DNA of 64,000 nucleotides from Candidatus Omnitrophota bacterium (GTDB taxonomy: Bacteria > Omnitrophota > Gorgyraeia > Gygaellales > Profunditerraquicolaceae), in assembly GCA_011620275.1 (NCBI GenBank), contig WOZK01000030.1, positions 6,242 to 70,241 of the forward strand. The letters run 5' to 3'. The stretch's first letter is position 1. The number at the start of each line of letters is the position of its first letter. This document shows positions 10,100-18,688 of the stretch, in pieces. The notes beneath the pieces are model-generated. The model ran no database searches. It saw nothing but the letters and a program-made list of their open reading frames with translations, and was not told the DNA's origin. The translations under genes were made by a program, and so were the position numbers.

Positions 10100-10666
10100 C
10101 TACACGGAAGCGGCAAGGTTCGCCGCCAGCGCCTCCCCCAGAACGGCTATATCCTCGGTACAGAAAATACTGCCGGCGGTACTGTCGAAGAGCATAATGG
10201 CTTCAGCCGTGAACTCGGCGTCCGCCAGCCAGAAAACGATCTTTACCGGCACTCCGGGAAAAACCTCTATCACTACGCAGGCGTCTCCCTCCGGTAACTC
10301 ACCGGCCGTCCCAGACAGCCACCTGCAGAACCCGGCGACCGCTTCACGCGGGTTTTTTCCGTATTTTGCGAGCAACGGCTCCAACGCCCGCTTACGGAAA
10401 GCCGGATAATAAAACTCCCCTGCCGGCAGTTCCCTGAAAGATATCCATTTCCCTTCCAGCCGGGGGATCCCTTTCAGCGCGGCCGCGGCATAATGCAGCA
10501 AAAGGATGGAAAGATACGGTTTACCCCTTCCGCCGGAGGAGGAAACGCATTCCCTGGAACTCGGATCAAGAAAATATTCCTGACCGAGAAAAACAGTCTT
10601 TACGGGAGCGGACGCGCGCGAGGATAATTCCTCCCATCCCTTGTTCAGCGCGTTGTCGTAACCCAT
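10100..10666 (-). CDS. DUF3786-like protein
   Basis: ILLLHY, WISFRELPAGEFY, WLADAEF, LFD, TEDI pattern. Confidence 0.8.
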   Translation of the reverse strand: MGYDNALNKGWEELSSRASAPVKTVFLGQEYFLDPSSRECVSSSGGRGKPYLSILLLHYAAAALKGIPRLEGKWISFRELPAGEFYYPAFRKRALEPLLAKYGKNPREAVAGFCRWLSGTAGELPEGDACVVIEVFPGVPVKIVFWLADAEFTAEAIMLFDSTAGSIFCTEDIAVLGEALAANLAASV

Positions 10667-10865
10667 ACTTTATTTTACTATTTTTGCCTCACAAATCAAA
10701 CATTAATAAAGACTGCTCTCCCCGAACAAAGAAAAGAGCCTCATACTTCTCGCCCGCTTACGCCTCTTGTGTTTCACCTTCTTAGTTCTTTTACGTCCCT
10801 GGCCTTAACGCTTCGTATTGTGAAATACCTGTCTTTCCGCGTGATTTTAGGCTATAATATTTTTC

Positions 10866-12794
10866 ATGTTCAAATATGACCGTTTCCAGCAGGAAGCAAT
10901 TGACCATATCAACAACGGGCATTCCGTAATCGTCTCCGCGCCTACCGGAGCGGGCAAAACCGCGATCGCCGAACACGTCATAGACACCTGCATCAATAAC
11001 AACACCGGCGTGATATACACCGCGCCGATAAAAGCCCTTTCCAACCAGAAATTTCGCGATTTCCAAAACCGCCTCGGAGATAATATAGGCATACTCACCG
11101 GGGACATCTCGCTGAACCCCGAGGCCCCGGTGTTGATCATGACCACGGAGATTTTTCGCAACAAGATACTCGACGACCAGGAGTCGCTGAAGAAATACCG
11201 CTGGATCATATTCGACGAAGTGCACTACCTGGACAATGAGGAACGCGGCACCGTGTGGGAAGAGTCGCTTATCTTCCTCCCCTCACACATGAACCTGCTG
11301 GCCCTTTCCGCTACCATACCCAATATCAAGCAAATAGCGGAATGGATAGAAAGCATCCATAACAAGCCGGTGCAAACGGTAGTCGAAACCGAGCGTCCGG
11401 TCCCGCTGCATTTCCTTTTCCAGTGCCAGAACCAGGTGGTCGACAGTCTTCCTGCCCTGAAGAACATAAAGGGACTTCCGGAACTGCCGTATAAATTCCA
11501 CAGGCAAAACCCGCGCACCGGTTACGGATTGAACAAGATCGGTCCGCTCATAAAACACATCCGCGAACGGGAAGGATTCCCTTGTATATATTTCGTCTTC
11601 GGCCGCAGGCGCGCCGAAGACCTGGCGAAAGATCTCTGCAGGTTCGATCTCCTGCCGAAAGACGACTGCGGTAAAATAACGGCCCTTTATGAGGAACTCT
11701 GCCGAAAGTTCGACCTGACCCGTGAACGTTCGGCGCAGGAGATGTCCGACCTAGTGAAGAAAGGCATCGCTTTTCACCACGCGGGCATGCTGCCGACGCT
11801 CAAAGAAGTCATCGAACGGCTCTTCACCAGCCGTCTGCTGAAAGTAATCTTCACCACGGAGACCTTCGCGTTAGGCATAAACATGCCGAGCAGATCGGTC
11901 GTCTTCGACGATCTGCGCAAATTCTACGGGCGCTACGTGCGCAACCTGAAAACGCGCGATTTCTACCAGATGGCGGGCCGCGCGGGCAGGCGCAGCATAG
12001 ACACGGAAGGATACGTTTATTGCAGGATCAATCCCGCCAAGCTGAGTTACAACGACATCAACCGCGTCATTTACGGAAGCCCCGAGGAGGTGCACAGCCA
12101 GCTTAACACATCATATGCCACCGTCCTCAATCTTTACGAAAAATACCGGGACGACCTCTATAAAATATATCCGCTCTCCCTACATTATTTCCAATGCCGC
12201 AAAGAAGAGCAGAAAGAGGCCTTGCGCCTGATAGAGGCAAAGTTGAATCTCCTCAAAGACAATGGTTACATAAAAAACGGGGAGCTCACTCCCAAAGGGC
12301 AGTTCGCCAAGACCGTTTACGGTTACGAGCTGCTACTATCCGAGCTTTACGAACGCAACGTGCTTGAGCAGCTGGATGAATTCGGGCTGGGTATAATGGC
12401 GGCGGCGGCGGTCTTTGAACCGCGTAAAAACCAGCAGATGCTGAATCTCTCCAAAAGCGCCAGGCGCATAAGAGCGGTCTGCGAAGAGATCTACGCCCAT
12501 ATAAAACAACTCGAGATATCACGGCGTATCTATCCTTTGAGCAAAGAGCCTTACTTCCATTTAAGCGGGAGCATAGAATCCTGGCTGAGAGGAACGTCTT
12601 TTGAGAAAACCCTGCTTTTAACCGACACCGATGAGGGGGAGATTGTACGATACTTCCGGATGAGCGTGCAGATACTGCGCGAGATAGGGGACTCCGAGGT
12701 CGCCTCCCCTCTGCTGAAAGAAAAGATCCGTGAAACGGCGCGAGTGATCAACCGCGACATCATAGACGCGGAAAAACAACTGCGGGAAACGTAA
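10866..12794 (+). CDS. Ski2/HelY-like DExH-box RNA helicase
   Basis: APTGAGKT, PIKALSNQK, DEVH, LSAT, HHAGMLP, TETFALGINMP, QMAGRAGRR, DSHCT-like C-terminus (DEGEIVR). Confidence 0.93.
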   Translation: MFKYDRFQQEAIDHINNGHSVIVSAPTGAGKTAIAEHVIDTCINNNTGVIYTAPIKALSNQKFRDFQNRLGDNIGILTGDISLNPEAPVLIMTTEIFRNKILDDQESLKKYRWIIFDEVHYLDNEERGTVWEESLIFLPSHMNLLALSATIPNIKQIAEWIESIHNKPVQTVVETERPVPLHFLFQCQNQVVDSLPALKNIKGLPELPYKFHRQNPRTGYGLNKIGPLIKHIREREGFPCIYFVFGRRRAEDLAKDLCRFDLLPKDDCGKITALYEELCRKFDLTRERSAQEMSDLVKKGIAFHHAGMLPTLKEVIERLFTSRLLKVIFTTETFALGINMPSRSVVFDDLRKFYGRYVRNLKTRDFYQMAGRAGRRSIDTEGYVYCRINPAKLSYNDINRVIYGSPEEVHSQLNTSYATVLNLYEKYRDDLYKIYPLSLHYFQCRKEEQKEALRLIEAKLNLLKDNGYIKNGELTPKGQFAKTVYGYELLLSELYERNVLEQLDEFGLGIMAAAAVFEPRKNQQMLNLSKSARRIRAVCEEIYAHIKQLEISRRIYPLSKEPYFHLSGSIESWLRGTSFEKTLLLTDTDEGEIVRYFRMSVQILREIGDSEVASPLLKEKIRETARVINRDIIDAEKQLRET

Positions 12795-12806
12795 GACGGC
12801 CGTAAA

Positions 12807-13748
12807 CTACCTGCTCCCCTCTTTTCCCCTGAGGTAATCCTGCACTATCTTTTTATGGTCAAAAGCGAATTCCATACCGGCAAGCTCCTGCCTTGAAACG
12901 GTTTTCACCTCGGCGGCATCGTCCCCGGCGACCGGGGTCCCAGAGGAACTGCCGATAAAAACCGTGCCCACCGTGTGAAAACGCGGATCGCGCCCGGGAT
13001 CGGAATAGGTATGGAACTGCCTGAGCTCCGATAACTCCAGTCCCGTCTCCTCTCTGGCCTCCCGCCTCACGGCGTCTTCCAGGCTTTCCCCGTAGTCCAC
13101 GAACCCGCCCGGCAGAGCCCAGCCGAAAGGCGGATTGCTCCTTTTTATGATCACGATCCCGCCCGCGCGCTCGATAACGGCGTCCACTGTAAGAAAAGGC
13201 TGTTTGAGCGTGCGCGTCATATATTCCAGGTAGCCGCAAACGTTCTTATCGAAAATCACGGCCGTTTCTTCGTCTTTAAGACAAAATAAGATCTCCTTCA
13301 GTGCGCCGGATTTCCCGCAGAACAAAAGCCTGTGCACCTCTTGCGCCATGATCTTTGCCGCCGCCTTGCAAGGAAAACCTCCCGTGCCGCAGCCCAAAGC
13401 GGGAAAAACGACTGAAGATATATCCAGTCCTGCCGCCATATTGAGAGCGCTCCGGCAGGAAGCCCGGATCTTTTTCTCGTCGGTGCGAAAATCCATCCCC
13501 ATGGTGACGGCGTGTATCACATACCTGGCTGCCAGCCTGCCCCCCGAGGTTACAACGGAATCGCCGATCTCCACCGGACCGCGGCTTACCGCTTCTTTTT
13601 CTATCTCTTCACCGCCGGCCTTCTTAATAGCCCCCGCGACCCCGCCGCCCATCAGCAGACGGTTGTTTGCGGCATTCACCAGCGCATCCGCTTTTACGGC
13701 GGTAATATCACCGCGTATAACTTTAATTTCGACGTCACGAATCAGCAT
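12807..13748 (-). CDS. Macrodomain-Nudix hydrolase fusion
   Basis: Macro motifs GDIT, VNAAN, GGGVAGAI, FPALGCGTGG; Nudix box GGFVDYGESLEDAVRREAREETGL. Confidence 0.92.
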   Translation of the reverse strand: MLIRDVEIKVIRGDITAVKADALVNAANNRLLMGGGVAGAIKKAGGEEIEKEAVSRGPVEIGDSVVTSGGRLAARYVIHAVTMGMDFRTDEKKIRASCRSALNMAAGLDISSVVFPALGCGTGGFPCKAAAKIMAQEVHRLLFCGKSGALKEILFCLKDEETAVIFDKNVCGYLEYMTRTLKQPFLTVDAVIERAGGIVIIKRSNPPFGWALPGGFVDYGESLEDAVRREAREETGLELSELRQFHTYSDPGRDPRFHTVGTVFIGSSSGTPVAGDDAAEVKTVSRQELAGMEFAFDHKKIVQDYLRGKEGSR

Positions 13749-13768
13749 ATCCTATCCTTCCCTCGGTT

Positions 13769-14284
13769 TCACACCTTCTGGCGGTAAATACCGTCATACC
13801 CTTTTCCCGCGGGATTAATCCCGGCGAAAACCAATTGTATCAGCCGGGCGTTCCTGCGTATGCGGATCCCGGCCGGATTCTGCACCACCAGTATGAATTC
13901 GCTCCTGCCGTGAAACCCCGCGTCCCATACCCCCGTCTGCGTGAACGCGCCGCATCTCAAAAGTGAACTGCGGGTAAAAGCGAAAGCGATCAATCCCAGA
14001 GGCATGCGCACGGTCTCATTGGTAGAAACCCGGTATGCCCCCTGTTTAAGAAGCCACCAGCCGCTGTTCCCGCCGCCCGGGACTTCCCTCACCCCGGGGA
14101 GCACCCGTCCGCTGTTATCGAAATCCACAGCCCCCTCGCCGTCGAAGGCATGTATCGTGGAAGCGGTAAAATCCATGCCGTTCGGCGTCAGTTGTTTTTC
14201 CAGATCCAGGAACCCGCTAACCAGGGATTGCGTTTCTATTAAACCGCGGATCTCCTCCCCGTTCAATATATTCCCCGCCGTCAC
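13769..14284 (-). CDS. Trimeric dUTPase/dCTP deaminase family protein (archaeal-like type)
   Basis: TPNGMDF, TRSSLLRCG, VWDAGFHGR, ARLIQL, YDGIY; GTG start overlapping the upstream stop. Confidence 0.85.
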   Translation of the reverse strand: MTAGNILNGEEIRGLIETQSLVSGFLDLEKQLTPNGMDFTASTIHAFDGEGAVDFDNSGRVLPGVREVPGGGNSGWWLLKQGAYRVSTNETVRMPLGLIAFAFTRSSLLRCGAFTQTGVWDAGFHGRSEFILVVQNPAGIRIRRNARLIQLVFAGINPAGKGYDGIYRQKV

Positions 14285-14478
14285 GGCTGCCTCAACTTTC
14301 TCCAGACAAAGATCACGGCCTTGCCCACCATCCAGACGAAAAGCAAAGCCGCCGCGAACACCAGGGAAAGCCCCAGCGCCGCGGACAAAAGAACGAAGAC
14401 CGGGAAGAAAAACAGCCATAATCCCGCCAGCATCCCCAACACAGATAAAAACAATAACCCTACCAGGAATGCTTTCAT
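14281..14478 (-). CDS. Small two-TM membrane protein
   Basis: MKAFLVGLLFLSVLG...VWRKLRQP, very hydrophobic, tightly packed between neighbours. Confidence 0.75.
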   Translation of the reverse strand: MKAFLVGLLFLSVLGMLAGLWLFFFPVFVLLSAALGLSLVFAAALLFVWMVGKAVIFVWRKLRQP

Positions 14479-14479
14479 T

Positions 14480-14845
14480 TTAATCGCTCCAGGAAGACAA
14501 TACGCCCCGGTGATCGAACCAGAGGACGATCGAAGGCCGGCCGCCGCGTTTATACACGAACCGGGTAGAGTCCACAGCCGCCGATATCTCGTCAGGCTCA
14601 CCGTAACTCTTCTTTATCTCCGCCGCCCCGCTTCCCAGTCCGATCCTGCCGGCGCGCAGGTCAGCCTCCAGCCTGTCTTTGGCGGCGGCATCGGCTTTCG
14701 CCGCGTATCCGCCGAACGAACGAAACGCAACAACGCTTTCCCTGCCGCCGCAGCACCCGGACACAAAGACAAACGCAGTTATGACGATAAAACAACCTGG
14801 GACTTTATGCATTACGCACCTCCTGGGGCCGTCCGGTTCATTCAA
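14480..14845 (-). CDS. Putative lipoprotein (SmpA/BamE-like fold)
   Basis: Hydrophobic stretch ending in VSGC; IGLGSGAAEIKKSYGEP...VLWFD pattern. Confidence 0.65.
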   Translation of the reverse strand: MNEPDGPRRCVMHKVPGCFIVITAFVFVSGCCGGRESVVAFRSFGGYAAKADAAAKDRLEADLRAGRIGLGSGAAEIKKSYGEPDEISAAVDSTRFVYKRGGRPSIVLWFDHRGVLSSWSD

Positions 14846-15479
14846 TCTCCTCCTGAAGTTTCACAATCAGCTGCGATATCTCTTTCAATAAAGGCATCGG
14901 CAGCAATTTTTCCGTTTCAATCTCCCCGCGCAGGGTTTTCAACACGCTGACCAGCCGTTTGACCTGCGTGTTCTTTTTTTTCTCCCACGCCTCTTGCGGA
15001 TCAATTTCTTCTCTCTGCCTGATCAGCGCGCTCAGGTCCTTCTTGACGTCCCCTGCATCCCTGCCGTCTTCGAAGACCTGCTTTTTAAGCGTCGAATACT
15101 CGTCGTCTCCGAGTATCTTGCGGTTCTTAGCGCTGCGCAGGATATCCACCGCCTCATAAGAAGGCAACTGCCTGGCCTCCGCGGACTCGATGAATTCCTG
15201 CTTCAGATAAGCCGGCTCCTCTTTCTCCAGGAACATATAAGACCTCAAAAGCTTCAAAGCGGTCTGCTGTTTTATTCCCACTTCTTTGGCGGTGTAAAAC
15301 TCGAACTTGGAATATCCCCACTCCCGGTAAAGCTTGTCTTTCCAGACAGAATAAAGCGCCCTGCCGAACTCTATCCAGGAAGACTTAAAATCTTTTGCCG
15401 ACTTGAGGATATGCTCCCTCACCGAACCCGGCTCCACCTGCGCCAGTCTCTCTTCCAGCTTCATCAACGACTTGGACAT
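14838..15479 (-). CDS. Conserved hypothetical helical protein, probable HTH (DUF3102-like N-terminus)
   Basis: WIEFGRAL...LYREWGYSKFEFYTAKEVGIKQQTALKL; GGGGAG SD upstream. Confidence 0.8.
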   Translation of the reverse strand: MSKSLMKLEERLAQVEPGSVREHILKSAKDFKSSWIEFGRALYSVWKDKLYREWGYSKFEFYTAKEVGIKQQTALKLLRSYMFLEKEEPAYLKQEFIESAEARQLPSYEAVDILRSAKNRKILGDDEYSTLKKQVFEDGRDAGDVKKDLSALIRQREEIDPQEAWEKKKNTQVKRLVSVLKTLRGEIETEKLLPMPLLKEISQLIVKLQEEIE

Positions 15480-15591
15480 TATACTCTCCCCCTTACTTGC
15501 CGTATTACTGAAGTAATGAAGCTCCTCACCGGCTAAACTCGCCTTGATTAATTAGGATGAGTAAGCACACTCTCCTTGAATACTTCCTGTT

Positions 15592-16254
15592 TCATTTTCT
15601 TACCCTGCCGCTCTTTGCAACCCCGGCCTTCGGGCAGTACCGTTCCGCCGCGCATCTGCCGCAAAAAGGAGAAACCGGTCTGCAGATGTTCTGGCCGAAG
15701 GCCACCAGGACCGTGTTCAATTCTATCCAGTATCTGCGCGCGAAAAGCCCTTGCAGGGTTTTCTCGGTCTCCTCTGTCTTGACGCTCGTTACCCAGCCCA
15801 GACGGTTGGAGATACGATGCACGTGCGTATCAACGCATACCGCCGGTATGCCGTACCCCAATCCTATCACAAGATTGGCCGTTTTCCTTCCTACCCCTTT
15901 AATACTCAACAGACCCTCTATTGTACGCGGCACCTTGCCGCCGAAACGCTCCAGAATCACTCGGCTGGCGCCAAGGATCACTCCGGCCTTTGTCCGGTAA
16001 AACCCGACCGGAAAAATCAAACCGGATATCTTCTCTTCCGGCAGCCTCAACATCGAACGCGGATCAGAGGCCACTGTAAACAGCCAGCGGGAAGCCCGCA
16101 AGGCCACATTGTCTTTAGTGCGCAGGCTCAATATGCAGGAAATCAGCACCAGGTACGGATCGTCTTCAGCAGATATCTCCGTTACCGAAGGCAGGCGGAA
16201 ATCTGAGGCCTGCCGTCGGATAAGACGATAAACCTTCAGATATTCTCCGGCCAT
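15592..16254 (-). CDS. nth: Endonuclease III
   Basis: ILSLRTKD, HhH LLSIKGVGRKTANL, VDTHVHR, C-x6-C-x2-C-x5-C cluster motif. Confidence 0.95.
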   Translation of the reverse strand: MAGEYLKVYRLIRRQASDFRLPSVTEISAEDDPYLVLISCILSLRTKDNVALRASRWLFTVASDPRSMLRLPEEKISGLIFPVGFYRTKAGVILGASRVILERFGGKVPRTIEGLLSIKGVGRKTANLVIGLGYGIPAVCVDTHVHRISNRLGWVTSVKTEETEKTLQGLFARRYWIELNTVLVAFGQNICRPVSPFCGRCAAERYCPKAGVAKSGRVRK

Positions 16255-16547
16255 GTCCGCGTCAATCCCTCCTTATAAGCGCAAAGATAGTCGGACACCC
16301 AATGTTTATGCAGGATGGAACGTAAAGGCACACAATTGAATTCTTTACCGGAAACTGTGCGCCTAAGGCCGAAGCGCATTTCGTAAATATCGCAGTAATA
16401 TTGCCCGGAGGTATTACCCGGCCGCAGATGCTCGCAAGGGTCATCGAACCCCCCGCAGCAGGCGCCACACCTGCGGCAGCGCCCTTCCCAAAGCGCCTCC
16501 TGCCGAGACATATATTCTGAATAATCGGCTTCCCTATTTATTCCCAT
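16236..16547 (-). CDS. Cys-rich YkgJ-like (CxxCxxCC) Zn/Fe-S protein
   Basis: CRRCGACC...PCEHL...YCDIYEMR. Confidence 0.8.
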   Translation of the reverse strand: MGINREADYSEYMSRQEALWEGRCRRCGACCGGFDDPCEHLRPGNTSGQYYCDIYEMRFGLRRTVSGKEFNCVPLRSILHKHWVSDYLCAYKEGLTRTWPENI

Positions 16548-16764
16548 GGCTACTTTATGCTGATAATCGAAAATCGAAATTAGACCGTCTCGCCACTGAA
16601 GCGTTGACGGACTCTGTGCGCTGTAAAAAACTTATAAAACAGCGCACTCACTACCCCCCTTCATCCTCCTTGATTGCCCCCCTCCTAAGTCCGCCCCATC
16701 GGGGGAAGGAAAAATTAGAGATACCCATTCGGGAGGAAAGATTGGTTGGGGCCTATTGGTTACC

Positions 16765-16819
16765 GTAGCCGTTACCGAATTAAGTATCGTGTCCCCGGAA
16801 TTACCAGTAGCCGTTACCG
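16765..16819. repeat. Dispersed REP-like motif AATTAAGTATCGTGTCCCCGGA flanked by 13-bp direct repeats GTAGCCGTTACCG
   Basis: Core 16778-16799 matches 63032-63053 in inverse orientation at 21/22 nt; direct repeats at 16765-16777 and 16807-16819. Confidence 0.75.
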
Positions 16820-16820
16820 G

Positions 16821-17411
16821 TTACTTAATACGCCATACATAGGCACCTTTATCCAGATCGAACACCTCCACGGGCGCGCCGGGCGGCAGGCTTTCCTGAA
16901 GACGCTTAGCGTATAACTTCTCTATTTCCTCCACCGCCACCCCGTTCCTGGCGGCCAGCTTCATATAAATCACCATGCGATCGCTGTTTTCTTCCTCGAT
17001 TATTTCCTTTTCCGCCCCGGAAGCCTGGCGTCTCAACTCCAGCAGTCCGGACCTGTTCTCTCCGGCGGTTCCCTTCTTCAGCAGAGCGATTATCTGCGCA
17101 AACCTGTTCTTTCTCCTCTGCACCGCGCCTTCTATTTCGGGATCGGAAACGGCGTCCGCGGCATAAGCGGCGGACGGCAGAATGACATTGAGTAAACTCT
17201 GTTTCCCGAGAGCCGACGGAGCAGAATCTGCGTTCGGAAACACCATATCCTCTATCTTATCTATGGTTTTCTCCAAATGCTGGTAAATGTCCAGCCGCAT
17301 GGAGATATCTACTTTGATGGGATCTTTCGGCGCTTCCACGCGCACCCTGGCACAGCCCAGCCCAAAAGTGATGCCCAACGTCCATAAACACGCCAATAGT
17401 ATTCTCGCCAT
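16821..17411 (-). CDS. YnbE-like lipoprotein fused to YdbL (DUF1318) domain
   Basis: Lipobox GLGC, VRVEAPKDPIKVDISMRLDI, then GTAGENRSGLL and ENSDRMVIY; GGAGG SD. Confidence 0.8.
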   Translation of the reverse strand: MARILLACLWTLGITFGLGCARVRVEAPKDPIKVDISMRLDIYQHLEKTIDKIEDMVFPNADSAPSALGKQSLLNVILPSAAYAADAVSDPEIEGAVQRRKNRFAQIIALLKKGTAGENRSGLLELRRQASGAEKEIIEEENSDRMVIYMKLAARNGVAVEEIEKLYAKRLQESLPPGAPVEVFDLDKGAYVWRIK

Positions 17412-17440
17412 AGCTACCTCCATTTTTTAAAAAAGTAAAG

Positions 17441-18688
17441 TCACTTGCCGCCGATCATTCCATGCAAACGCACGTCGAAAATCCTTTTCCCCTGCTCGCC
17501 TTCGAAAACGGCGTATATACGCAGTTCCCGTTCAACGGTAGATAAATTGAGGATAGCGCTGCGATAACGGTAATCCCTTAAGCTGTCATAAATAGTCTGG
17601 AGAGGACGGCCGCTCTGCACCGCCAGATAATCAAGGATCTTTTTATCCCGTATATTCATACTCCCCCCGGACTGCGTCCCCAGAGAAGCGTTTACGTCTT
17701 GCAGGCCGGAACCTCCTCCTTCTAGGACTGCCTCACCGGAAGTGATTCCGCCGAGCGCCACCTTTTCCGAGAACCCTAATTCCCGGGAGACCACCGCCAG
17801 ATCGGAATTCTTAACCCGGAACCGGCATTTGTATTTTATACCGCCGTCCGCGCTGACGTAAAGATCGGCGGCGGCGGTCAAAGAACCGCTCCAGAGGGCT
17901 GCGGGAGAAAACAACGCCTGCACCGCGTCTTTTTCATCCACCCACACCTTCCCCTTCACTTTCTCAAGCCGCAAATCCTGAAAGGCAAATTTCTCTATGG
18001 TTATCTGCCCCTCTTTATTTTTACCCGGCAGATAAACGGAGATTCCCGACGCGGAAAACTTTCCGGCCCGCAGCATATCCACGCCGGCGAACAAATCAGT
18101 AAAAGACGTGCCGGAAAACCCGGCAGACAAAGAACCTTTTATCCCGAAAGCAGAGCAGTTCGCGCCGCTGCTTATCTCGGCGTTACGGATATCCAGTCTT
18201 TCAGGCATAAAACGCGGTAGTTTCAGGCCGCCGCTTATCCCGTTTCCGCCGGATTCGTTGCAGGTAAGAAGCAGCAGCGGGTTTTCAAAATAGACCCGCC
18301 GCGGCCTGCCGCAGAACAGAGAAACCGGGCTGAATTCCACACTCACTGCATCGGCGAAAAAAACGTATTTCCCGGGGACATCCAGCAGCAGCTCATTTAA
18401 CCTGATATAGCCGAAAGGATTAACGCGGCATTCCTTGAAAGAAGATACTGCGGAAGGCAACAACAGGGAAAATCCGCTCTGTACCGCCCGGCGCGTCAGT
18501 ATGCCGCCCGAAGCATAAAGCAGCAAGATTAACATAACCGCGCAAAGCAAAACAGTTCTTCTGCGCGTCTTATCGGCTGTCTGCTTATTCCGGCAACATT
18601 CCCGGAGCTTACCCCCATTCATCCCCGGGTTAAAACCCGAGAATTTCCGGGCGAGGAGATTACCGTTCTGGCGATCTGCCTTAGCCAT
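17441..18688 (-). CDS. Short YdbH/AsmA-like beta-rich membrane-anchored protein
   Basis: N-terminal TM, beta-strand-rich body, C-terminal SLRDYRYRS motif; upstream of the YnbE-YdbL-like gene. Confidence 0.65.
   Translation of the reverse strand: MAKADRQNGNLLARKFSGFNPGMNGGKLRECCRNKQTADKTRRRTVLLCAVMLILLLYASGGILTRRAVQSGFSLLLPSAVSSFKECRVNPFGYIRLNELLLDVPGKYVFFADAVSVEFSPVSLFCGRPRRVYFENPLLLLTCNESGGNGISGGLKLPRFMPERLDIRNAEISSGANCSAFGIKGSLSAGFSGTSFTDLFAGVDMLRAGKFSASGISVYLPGKNKEGQITIEKFAFQDLRLEKVKGKVWVDEKDAVQALFSPAALWSGSLTAAADLYVSADGGIKYKCRFRVKNSDLAVVSRELGFSEKVALGGITSGEAVLEGGGSGLQDVNASLGTQSGGSMNIRDKKILDYLAVQSGRPLQTIYDSLRDYRYRSAILNLSTVERELRIYAVFEGEQGKRIFDVRLHGMIGGK

Noticed and set aside
9444-14284. Nuclease, helicase, macro-Nudix and dUTPase as an anti-phage island
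   Set aside because: Mixed orientations, an exported nuclease, host-like composition and no match to a defence architecture I recognise
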